From the NCBI GenBank assembly GCA_010093995.1, contig ML992508.1, forward strand, positions 964,506 to 1,028,505: a DNA stretch of 64,000 nt, given 5' to 3'. Within the stretch, counting starts at the first letter, position 1. Every line of letters begins with the position of its first letter. The notes under the pieces are model-generated. The model did no database searches, was not told the DNA's origin, and saw nothing but the letters and a program-made list of their open reading frames with translations. This DNA comes from Elsinoe ampelina (taxonomy: Eukaryota). The translations under genes were made by a program, and so were the position numbers. Below, piece by piece: positions 1 through 11,100 of this stretch.

Positions 1-85
1 GCAAGGCTCCTAGGGCACGCCGGGTCATGACATTCGCTCGAGCGACCTCGTTCGAAGTTGGGGCTGGTCGTTTGGAGACGGCCAT
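1..85 (-). CDS. Possible N-terminus of a gene running off the left window edge (MAVSKRPAPTSNEVARANVMTRRALGAL...)
   Basis: ATG at 85 on the minus strand opens a stop-free frame to the window edge. Too short to identify. Confidence 0.25.
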   Translation of the reverse strand, partial: MAVSKRPAPTSNEVARANVMTRRALGAL

Positions 86-1142
86 GATGAAGATGCATTT
101 GATATGTCAAGTAGTCTTTGTTTGCGCCTCGCAGGCCGACTGTAAGCTGTGTTCATGACCAAAATGTTTATACCACTCTGCGGTAGAATTCGCTCTAGCG
201 TAGAGGACTATCGTCAGTGGAACAGGTCAATAGCGACAAAGGACGCGGAATAGATGTGAATGGAGCAGTCCTCCAGGAAGGGTAATGGCAAACGCTGATT
301 GGCTGGAGGCAATGACCTCATGTGCTTGTGCAAACAATCACCAAACAATCTACCTCCGAACGTACTGGCCGGGCATGGACCGGTTCTGTGTGGTCTTGAT
401 CAGGAAATGATATCTAGCATTTAATAATGGTCCCAGCGAATCCAAATACAGAGAAATGCCCGACAGCATGATCCAGTGCGAAGGGCCACTATTGCCGGGA
501 TTCGGCACACGCGGTGGCGGCCACGAGGGTCTCCAAATTTACGCCGTCACTTTTTGCCATCTTATCTATCTCCAACGATTGCCAGATGTTTCACGATCAA
601 AGACCATTCTCGCTCGATAGATGTCGAAGGTTGTTGGTTCTGTACCGCCCTTGCGCTGCATTCGACACCGATCCCGCTGTCCAGGTCGCCCGTAGCCAAC
701 AACCATCAGACAAATCCTGTATCCCCATATCGCTGCTAAAACGCGACGTCCAGCCAATGCAACAAACAAAGATGAAAAAGCAATACCGACAAGCAAGTCG
801 CAAGCATTGTGGCGGAAGCTTGACCGCGTCCCACAGCGCCGATCATGCTGGGGACATGCCACGAGGGGTCCTTCCACCTGCCGCTTTAGGCTATCTCCAA
901 GGATCCTACCCCTCGGACCATGAGATTGATGGTAAATCGGCACGATATCTTTGTTACCAACAGCGTTGTGTCGCGTGCTTTGGTCGGTCCTCATGCTACA
1001 GCAACGACTATTCCCGACCATGATAGGCATTGCTCTCGGTACATCCTTGCCGCCAGAGGATTGCATTCCAGTGAGTCGGTATATAGGTCATGTATATCCC
1101 TAAGTATATTTCAGCAGGTCGTCTCATACACAATACTTCATC

Positions 1143-2792
1143 ATGTCTGAACAGGACGAAAAACATGCTACCAAGGCCAATGATGCCATCACACCAACCC
1201 GATCCAATCCGGCAGACATTGAGGTCGCAGAAATCAAGTCGATCTCCCTAAGGGATGCTGATGAGGCTTTCGGTTTCCTCACGAACCATCCCAATGCCGC
1301 CGAGATCGCTGAGCAAGGGCAAGCGATTCTGGATGACCCGGTCCTCCACGCAAAGCTCCTACGCAAGATAGACTGGACCATCTGTCCCCTGCTAGCAGCG
1401 ACGTACTTCTTACAATTTCTGGACAAGACGACATTGAGCTATACGGCAATCATGGGAATAAGAAAGGATACAAATCTCGTCGGCCAAGATTACTCAAACC
1501 TGTCCATGCTCTTCTATATTGGTTTGTCATATCTTTGTTCACACTACGACCCTGACTGACACTGTCCAGGCTTCCTGGCCACCGAATTTCCCACTCAATA
1601 CCTCGCTCAGAAGGTTGCTAGGTACTCGTTCTACCTAAGTGGCAATATCATGATATGGGGTGCAGTCTTGATGTCGCACGCAGCTTGTTCCTCATTCGCC
1701 GGCCTTGCTATCTGCCGCACCCTCCTCGGCGTATTCGAGTCGCCGGTGGCACCAATACTCGTTCTATTGATTTCGATGTTTTACCGTAAGGAAGAGCAAG
1801 GTCGGCGCATCTCGTTCTTCTACGTCATGAACTCCTTTACCCAAATTGTCGGCGGAGCTGTAGCGTACGGGGCCTCCTTCGCAACCTCCAAATTCGCCTC
1901 CTGGCGGATCTTCTTCCTCGCCATCGGTGCCCTCACCGTCGTCGTCGGCGGCATTATCGGGCTCCTCCTTCCTGACTCCCCCGTCAAAGCCAAACGCTTC
2001 ACCGACGCCGAGAAAGTCGCCATGCTGCTCCGCGTACGGGACAACCAAACCGGCACGCAGAACCACGTCCTCAAGAAATCCCAAGTCTTCGAGACCCTCC
2101 GCGACCCTCGCATCTGGCTCGTAGCCCTCGCCACTATGCTCTCCTCCATCCCCAACGGCGGCATCTCCAACTTCTCCTCCATCCTCCTGACTACCTTCGG
2201 ATACGACTCCCGCACCGCGCTCATCATGTCCATGCCCTCGGGCGCAGTAGGTATGGTCACCGTGCTCTTCACAGGCTGGCTGTCCGACAAACTCCGCGAC
2301 CGCACCACGGTCATGATCGTCGCCATCACACCCACCATCCTCGGGGCAGCACTCATGATCGGCTTCGACCCCACTGGAATACCGCACAACAAAGCCGGCT
2401 TGCTGGCAGCGAGTTTCATGACCGGCACGTTCGGCGCGGCGTTCATGCTGCTGTTGGCGTTCAACGCGAGCAATATCTCCGGCCACACGAAGAAGGTCAC
2501 GGCGAACGCGATCACGTTGGTCGCGTTTGCGGTGGGGAATACTCTTGGTACGCAGACTTTTCAGGCGAAGGAGGCGCCGGGGTATATTAGTGGGAAAGCG
2601 AGTATTGTGGCTTGTTTGACGGTGTTGATACCGGTGATTGTGACGTTGAGGTGGAGGAATGGGAGGTTGAACAAGAAGAATAGGGAGAGGTTGGCGGGGA
2701 TTGGGGAGGAGGATCAGGCGAGGCTCAAGGAGGAGTGGGCGTGGAGAGATGAGAGCGATTTGAAGAATCCTTTCTTTGTCTATACGAAGTAA
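1143..2792 (+). CDS. MFS transporter, allantoate permease/DAL5-like (anion:cation symporter family)
   Basis: join(1143..1521,1570..2792); intron GTTTGT...CTGAC..CAG restores the frame. Motifs LLRKIDWTICP, FLQFLDKTTLSY, FYRKEEQGRR, LPDSP, NISGHTKK and terminal D-x-KNPFFVY, with many hydrophobic segments. Confidence 0.9.
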
Positions 2793-3028
2793 AAAAGTAG
2801 GACCTCGTGGAATTCAATTGCTAGAGCTTCATTGCGTCGTTATGTGGGTCTTGCGATGGGCAACGTCTACATGTCTCGTTGGTGACAGGCCACGACTTGG
2901 CGACGACTGGACTGGCCAGTCCCTGGGTTTGCTCTTGGACCTATTGCTAGCTCGATTGGTCTCTACATGCGGCGACAAGGAAACTTCTGTGGGGCCTTTT
3001 ACAAGGATCCTCGAGGGCATGACTACTC

Positions 3029-4453
3029 TCAGTCGCCTCTCCTACGTTTCGTGCCGTTCGTCCTCCCATTCTCTTCCATCTCGTCCAAGTCTTGATCTCC
3101 AGCACTCTTCCTTCTCCATTGCCCGGCGCCGATCGCCACCATTTCATCCTCACTATCACTCGCATCTATATCGAGCAGGACCGGCATGCGGAACACTTCC
3201 TTTTCGCCGTCTCCAAACCCTTGACCTGCTTTGCCTTCTCCCTCTTTGACCTCAATCGTCAAGACATCCACATCTTCACCTTCGCCACCCTCTCTGCGCT
3301 TTTCGATCTCGCCCTTCTCGAGAATGTCAAATTCTCCTTCGCTTTCAACGTACTCCACATTCTCTTCGACTTCGGCAAAGTCTGGTGCCAGTGCCGACCA
3401 TCTCTGTGGCGTGTTTACCGACCATACATATATCCTACCGCTCTCTACACCGCATGCTGCAACTATTGGGCGCGATGGATGCCACTCCACGAATCCTAGC
3501 TCTTCTTTGGGTCCTTCCAGGATCTTCACAAGTGATCCGTGTACCATTTCCCAGATGTACATCGTGAAATTCATATATGTCGAAGCGATGACATAGTCCG
3601 CTCCAGGGCTGGGTGCAACACTGTTCCAGCTGAGATGTTGTACTACATCCTGCAGTTTGTGCTGGACTTCCAGACGGAGCGTATCTGGTGAGAAAGATGG
3701 AGAGGTGAAGTCCGGGAGGCGTACTGTTCGGATTACAGCATCGGCAGAGTTGACAAGTAATGTGGTGCCAGATAAGGAGATGCGAAGCTGGATGATGGGT
3801 TTTATGGCTGCCCGCATGCTGTAGATGATCTCATGTGTGTCTAATGAGATCAGGTTTACCCAACCTCTGATGGTGCCTGTGATGAGGAATTGACCTGAAG
3901 GGTGGAATATGGCATTAGATGTGAAATGCTTTAATTCCTTCTCTTTGTCTTTCTCGGTCAGCTCGTTTTCATAAGCAGACCTTTTGGGGGTAGATGTGAG
4001 AGTCGTGATCTTGGGATTGGCAGGATCAGTACAGTCGACCAGAGTCGGTTGCGATTCGAGGGGTACTGTGACGAATTGAAGATGGTTTTGTGGATGCATC
4101 TCGGCGATCCATAGTGCTGCACCGAGATTGATCGATCGAAGTCGTGAGCCATCTTGAAGATCCCAAAGGATGCAGCGCCAATCCACAGCAGCACTCAAGA
4201 GGTAGCGCCCACTGGCTGACCAGCTCAAAGACGATATTTGCCTCCCCGGTGTGTGACCTCGCAACTTGCGCGCGACACCATGAGTCTCTAGATCAAAGAT
4301 GGCAATTCCTCCTTTCGATGTGCCCGAAGCAAGCAGATCTCCTTGTCGATTGAACCGGATATGAACAGCCGAGCCAGAGCTTCTGAGGCGCGCTATGAGA
4401 GTTTCGGGTATATCCTGGGCAAGGATGAACGGGTCCACTAGAGACAAATTCAT
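3029..4453 (-). CDS. SWD1: COMPASS/Set1C WD40 subunit Swd1 (RBBP5 orthologue)
   Basis: Intronless ORF from ATG 4453 (MNLSLVDPFILAQDIPE). WD40 repeats, GSLVKILEGPKEELG, and the diagnostic WSALAPDFAEVEENVEYVESEGEFD segment. Confidence 0.93.
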   Translation of the reverse strand: MNLSLVDPFILAQDIPETLIARLRSSGSAVHIRFNRQGDLLASGTSKGGIAIFDLETHGVARKLRGHTPGRQISSLSWSASGRYLLSAAVDWRCILWDLQDGSRLRSINLGAALWIAEMHPQNHLQFVTVPLESQPTLVDCTDPANPKITTLTSTPKRSAYENELTEKDKEKELKHFTSNAIFHPSGQFLITGTIRGWVNLISLDTHEIIYSMRAAIKPIIQLRISLSGTTLLVNSADAVIRTVRLPDFTSPSFSPDTLRLEVQHKLQDVVQHLSWNSVAPSPGADYVIASTYMNFTMYIWEMVHGSLVKILEGPKEELGFVEWHPSRPIVAACGVESGRIYVWSVNTPQRWSALAPDFAEVEENVEYVESEGEFDILEKGEIEKRREGGEGEDVDVLTIEVKEGEGKAGQGFGDGEKEVFRMPVLLDIDASDSEDEMVAIGAGQWRRKSAGDQDLDEMEENGRTNGTKRRRGD

Positions 4454-5195
4454 GGTGAGAATGTCGTAGGTAACAGCTACGTTTTGGATCAACCAGCATC
4501 CGATTTGATCTTGCGACACCGATGTGAGCGATGTCTATTACTTGGTGTGACAATTGGTGAGCGAAGCATACTGCGCAGGCGTCACGCGACAATTGAATGT
4601 GCGCTTCCGCAAGGAATTTGAAAGCTCAAAAGGTGAAGTGGGAGGTCAAGCTGGCTGCTGCCGGCAGAAGTTCTGGACAAGGTGCGGCTCAAATTAACAT
4701 TATTTTAGCGCGTTTCCGCGTTGCCAAGTTTCACGTGACAGCGGGTAGAAAGCCGCATCCAGAAGAAGGAACAAACGCCTCGAAATCTCATCAAAGCTCT
4801 AAACCACAACCACCGCGACCACTATTCATCACGAAACCGGAAGGAGCCTGCGACTGGTCGCATCGCACGCAGAATCGCCACCGGGATCTCGCCACACCGG
4901 AAATTTGCCTGCGCCTTTGCAATCGACGCCAAAATCTTCGATCCAAGAGTCCCGTCGCATCAGTCAGTCACTACCGCTTTGCGCGACCATCAATCATCAA
5001 ACTCCTTTGATAATTATCAAGATCCGAATCGAAAGTGAAGACGGCGATATCGAGGATAGTGTAGAGCTTCGGAGGGCGGTGGGCGCTCACCACTGAGCGC
5101 GTGGTGGAAGTACTGGTGATCGCCATCTGAGGCGAATCGAAGAAGTCGGGCAAGCATCACATTTGTTGTAGATACCATCTGGTCCAACCGCGAAC
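4454..5195. promoter_or_regulatory. Bidirectional SWD1/RPB1 promoter region with E-box TCACGTGA at 4731-4738
   Basis: 742 nt between divergent start codons, containing a palindromic CACGTG core (Cbf1/bHLH-type site). Function is inferred. Confidence 0.45.
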
Positions 5196-8100
5196 ATGTC
5201 GCTCAACTCTTTCGCGCCGTCGACGGCGCCGCTGAAGACGATCCAAGAGATTCAGTTTGGGCTGCTTTCGCCAGAAGAAATCAAAAACATGAGTGTGTGC
5301 CACATCGAGTACCCGGAGACCATGGACGAACAGCGCCGTAGACCGCGAGAGAAAGGTCTCAACGACCCGAAATTGGGCTCTATCGACCGCTCTCTGGCTT
5401 GCGGTACTTGTGGTGAAGATATGCTGGAATGTCCAGGTCACTTTGGTCACATCGAGCTTGCGACTCCTATGTTCCACGTGGGCTTCATCACCAAGGTCAA
5501 GAAGATCCTGGAAACAGTTTGCCACAATTGTGGCAAGATTCTGCTCGATGAAGTGAGTACTCCCTTGTTGCGACAAGGGGTAAATGTGCTAATGCGTGCT
5601 ACCTTAGTCTGTGCCAGCCTTTGCGCAGGCCGTTCGATTCCGCGATCCCAAGAGGCGATTTGACGCTATACACCGACTCTGCAAGCCCAAGCTGATGTGC
5701 GACGTGACCGAGGCGCCCGAAGACAATGACTTTGACAATCCCAAGGATGCGATGAAGAAAGCTCGCCCACAGCATGGTGGATGTGGAAACTTGCAGCCTT
5801 CCATTCGAAAGGATGGGCTAAAGCTGACCGGGACATGGACCTGGCCGAAAGATGCGGACACGGAGCAGAAGGTCGAGAAGAGATTGATATCTCCACAAAT
5901 GGCACTGAACGTGTTCCGGAACATTTCGCCACAGGACATGGCAAGGATGGGCTTGAATGCCGATTACGCTAGACCTGAGTGGATGATCTTGACCGTTCTT
6001 CCAGTTCCGCCTCCTGCAGTCAGACCCAGTGTCTCTGTCGATGGCACCAGCACCGGCATGCGATCCGAGGATGACTTGACCTACAAGTTGAGCGATATCA
6101 TCCGCGCGAACAGCAACGTCAGGCGCTGCGAGCAGGAAGGATCGCCCCAACACGTCATCGCCGACTTTGAGCAGCTGCTACAGTTTCACGTGGCGACATA
6201 CATGGACAACGATAGTGCTGGCTACCCGAAGGCGCTCCAGAAGTCTGGACGTCCGATCAAGTCGATTCGCGCTCGCTTAAAGTCAAAGGAAGGTCGTCTT
6301 CGCGGTAACCTGATGGGCAAGCGTGTGGATTTCTCGGCTCGTACTGTCATCACTGGTGACCCGAATTTGTCTCTGGACGAAGTCGGTGTCCCGCGAAGCA
6401 CAGCCAAGATCATCACTTTTCCGGAGACCGTCAACGCGTACAACATCGACAAGCTTCAGCAGTTGGTTCGTAATGGTCCCAACACCCACCCTGGCGCCAA
6501 GTATGTCATCCGCGACACTGGCGAGCGTATTGATCTGCGACATCATAAGCGTGCTAGTGAGATTCAACTTCAGTACGGCTACAAGGTCGAAAGACACATG
6601 GTTGATGGCGATGTTGTCATCTTCAACCGTCAGCCGTCGCTGCACAAGGAATCTATGATGGGGCATCGTGCAAGGGTCATGCCATACTCGACTTTCCGCC
6701 TCAATTTGTCGGTCACCTCCCCATACAACGCCGATTTCGACGGAGACGAGATGAACTTGCACATGCCGCAAAGTCACGAGACTCGTGCTGAAGTCATGAA
6801 CCTCTGCATGGTACCTCTCAACATCGTCTCGCCACAACGAAACGGTCCTCTCATGGGTATCGTGCAGGACACTTTGTGCGGAGTTTACAAGATGTGCCGT
6901 CGTGACACCTTCCTCGACTATGCCCAGGTCATGAACATCCTGATGTGGGTTCCAGAGTGGGATGGCACGATCCCACCGCCGGCGATCGTCAAGCCCCGCC
7001 CTCGCTGGACTGGCAAGCAGATCATCTCTCTGGTCATCCCCCATGGCCTCAACCTCGTCCGTGGAGATTCCGAAGGACCTTGCCCACTCAACGACAATGG
7101 TCTGTTGGTACATGGTGGCGACCTCATGTATGGACTGTTCAGCAAGAAAAGTGTTGGTGCGTCAGGAGGTGGCGTCATCCACATCATCTACAACGAAAAG
7201 GGTTGGGAAGCAGCAGTCAACTTCTTTAACGGATGTCAGCGAGTCGTCAACTACTGGCTTCTACACAACGGCTTCAGTATCGGACCCGGTGACATGGTTC
7301 CGGATGAGCGCACTGCTGAGGGTATCACTGATGCAGTCAACGAGCAAAAGGCCGAGGTTGAAAAGATTACTCAGGCAGCCACCGACAACACTCTCGAAGC
7401 TTTGCCGGGTATGAACGTTCGTGAGACCTTCGAGTCTCTAGTATCGAAAGCTCTGAACAGTGCTCGAGACAATGCAGGTGACAGGACTGAAAAGTCTCTC
7501 AAGGATCTCAACAATGCCATTCAAATGGCTCGATCTGGTTCCAAGGGTTCTGCAATCAATATTTCGCAGATGACAGCTGTCGTTGGTCAGCAGTCAGTCG
7601 AGGGCAAGCGTATTCCCTTTGGCTTCAAGTACCGATCGCTGCCACATTTCACCAAGGACGACTACTCTCCAGAATCTCGCGGCTTCGTCGAGAACTCCTA
7701 CCTGCGTGGACTTACCCCTGCTGAATTCTTCTTCCACGCCATGGCTGGTCGTGAGGGTCTCATTGATACTGCTGTCAAGACTGCCGAAACTGGATACATC
7801 CAACGTCGTCTGGTCAAAGCTCTGGAAGAAGTCATGGTCAAGTACGATGGTACTATCCGAAACTCTTTGGGCGATATTGTCGAATTCATCTACGGTGAAG
7901 ATGGACTGGATGCTGTACACATCGAAGGTCAGAAGCTCGACATCATCGTTTGCTCCGACAAGCAGCTCGAGAAGAAATTCCGCATCGATGTCATGGATGA
8001 CAAGCTTGCTCTGTCTCCAGAGGTTCTCGAGATCGCCAACGAGATCAAAGGTGATGTCGAGGTTCAGCGCCATTTTGACGACGAGTGGGACGCTATTGTC

Positions 8101-11100
8101 GCTGATCGTGAATGGCTGCGCAAGGATCGCACTGATGATGAAGAGATGCACCAACTGCCTCTCAACATTCTTCGCATGATCGAGAGTGTCAAGACCAAGT
8201 TCCGTATCAAGGATGGTGCTCGAAGCGACCTCGACCCCCGCTATGCGATCCCGAAATTGCGAGACATGCTGGACAATCTCGTCGTGGTCCGCGGTGAAGA
8301 TGAGATTTCGTTGGAGGCTCAACACAACGCCACTATCCTCTTCAAAGCTCTACTCAGATCCCGTCTGGCCTTCAAGCGACTTGTCACAGAATACTCCCTC
8401 AATACGCTGGCCTTCGACAATCTCGTTGGAGACATCAGCAACAGATTCGCTCGTTCGCTTGTCTCAGCCGGTGAAATGGTCGGTGTCCTCGCTGCTCAGT
8501 CCATCGGTGAGCCAGCTACTCAAATGACACTGAACACATTCCATTTCGCAGGTGTGTCTAGTAAGAACGTCACGCTCGGTGTGCCACGTCTGAAGGAAAT
8601 TCTCAACGTGGCTACCAACATCAAGACACCTTCCATGACTGTCTACCAAGTCGCTGAAAATCGTTTGAGTCAAGATGCGGCAAAGGCTCTTCGCAGTAAA
8701 GTAGAGTACACAAGCTTGAAGTCGGTGACCCAAGAGACAGAAATCTGGTACGATCCAGACGTCAGAGGTACCGTGGTGGAGGCGGACAAGGATATGGTGG
8801 AGTCATACTTTATCATTCCTGAAGAGGATGCGGAATCGCCAGAGAACTACTCCAGATGGCTTCTACGTATCATTCTCGGACGTCGACAGCTGCTCGACAA
8901 GGGTCTGACCGTCTCCGATGTCGCTGCGACCATCAAGCGTGAATACCGTTCGGAGATGTCCATCATTTTCAGTGACGACAACGCTGACGAGCAGGTCATC
9001 CGCATCAGACCTTCACTTAACGTGCTCGAGGATAAGGACGACGAGTCGGAGAGTCTTGAGCCTGATTTGGTCTTGCAACGTCTGCAGGAGCATCTGCTTG
9101 AGAACACCACACTTCGTGGCACGCCAGGTGTAAGCAGGGCCTTTGTGAACTTCAAGGAAAGACTTCGAGTTAAGGAGGATGGCTCCTTGTCCATGTCGAA
9201 GAGTGATCCAGAGTGTCGTGAATGGTTCCTCGATACTTCTGGAACTTCTCTCAAGGATGTCCTCACCATCGAGGGTGTCGACCCGAACAGGACTTACTCC
9301 AACCACTTCATCGAGATCTTCAACGTCTTTGGTATCGAGGCTACCCGATCTGCCCTTCTTCGAGAACTCAAACAGGTGTTGTCGTTCGACGGTTCATACG
9401 TCAACCATCGTCACTTGGCTTTGCTTGTCGATATCATGACGGCTCGTGGTAATCTCATGGCTATCACTCGTCACGGCATCAACAGGTCCGACACTGGTGC
9501 TCTTATGCGTTGCTCATTCGAAGAGACTGTCGAGATTCTGTTCGATGCTGCCTCGTCTGGTGAACTCGACGACTGCCGTGGTGTCTCTGAGAACATCATC
9601 CTCGGTCAACTTGCACCTTCTGGCACTGGAGAATTCGACGTTCTTCTCGATCGCGAGATGCTCAGCACTGTCGTCTCACAGAAGGCTTCCACCATGTCTG
9701 GCGTCCAGTATGGTGCCGCCACTCCAATGGTTGAAGGTGGAATGACTCCGTACCAGGAAGGATCTCCAATGGCGGAAGGCTATGCTGGTGGTCCAGATTA
9801 TGGTGCTTCCTTCTCACCGATCATCCAAGCTGGAGGCGACGAGTCTGGCGGCTTCAGCACCTACGGTGGCATGGGAGGCATGTCGCCGTACAGCGGTGGT
9901 GCTTCTCCTTCCTTCGCTCCGACGTCACCCTTCAGCGGCGGCATGAGCCCTGCCTCTCCAGGTGGTTGGTCACCCTCGTCGCCCTCTTACTCACCAAGCA
10001 GTCCCGGCATGGCTTTGGGGACCTCTCCGGGCTACGCTGCCGCCTCTCCTCGTTATGGATCACCTGCATCTCCAGCCTACCAGCCAACGCAAGTCTGCCC
10101 TCAACATTTTACACGAAACAAGCTCTAACGCTGAACAGGTCTCCTGCATACTCCCCCTCATCGCCTTCCTTCTCGAAGGGACCCTCGCCGACGTAAGTGT
10201 CAATGGATTCCAAAGAGGTTTCGATCAGATGTGCTAATAAAATGCAGATCTCCGAGCTTCAGTCCAGTGTACGTGCATCTTGCATCAGATGAAAGTAATT
10301 ACCTTTCGAGAACATCGCTAACGTCATTTAGGTCCCCGAGCTATAGCCCTACGTATGCTTCCGCTCTCTGTATTCCTTATCTTGAATCTTGCTTGCTGAC
10401 TCCATCAAGATCTCCTAGCTACTCACCCACGTATGCATACCTTCCATTCCAAATCAAAATGAAAGACACATTGCTGACTCTTAGAAGGTCTCCGAATTAT
10501 AGTCCCAGGCAAGTTCCACCTCTTCGCGGAGCACGCAAGCGCATCAGCAAATCCTGCTCCGCGATTTTGATCTTGAGGGCTCGCACTGACAAATTTGTAG
10601 CTCGCCGGCATTCAACAAAGGCTCGACTTCTCCAAATTATAGTCCGACGTAAGTGACCCTCAAACCCTGAGATCTGCACCTCTTCATCTCCACACCTTAT
10701 CAAATCAACACCATGAACTTGAGCTGACACTCAACAGGTCCCCCAATTATTCTCCGGCGTTCGTTAAACCCTTCCCTTCTGCTCTCTTGCTCAGCACTCT
10801 GCACACAGCCCCCTCCACACATGTCGCCTCCGCTTCCTCCTACCCCATCCCCTGCAGCACGCTACAGCAACTTTGCACTACCACAGACCACCTTCAACAT
10901 TGGTCCCTCTACATTTTGCACTCATTGTCGTCTCTTCTTCCACTGCCTTGCTCTTCCGTCCTCGTTGCGTCATTCCCGAGCTTGGCTAACTTCTATTCAG
11001 ATCTCCAGCCTTCTCTCCAACGTAATCGCGATCAACCAACGAACACTCTTGAGTCATGACACTGACGTTATCTAGCTCCCCTGCCTATAGCCCCTCGAGT

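Noticed and set aside
476..1150. Overlapping 70-170 aa ORFs upstream of the first MFS gene
   Set aside because: No codon bias or motifs; most likely promoter sequence.
1764..2515. Long antisense or alternative-frame ORFs over real genes (also 6283..7113, 7594..8325, 32270..33115, 42836..43558, 59442..60389)
   Set aside because: Shadow ORFs expected from high GC3 and strong strand skew; no recognisable domains.
5611..10128. ORF-track RPB1 ending [12 protein letters not shown], suggesting an almost CTD-less polymerase
   Set aside because: This is read-through into a GC-AG intron at 10089. The downstream micro-exons supply the CTD.
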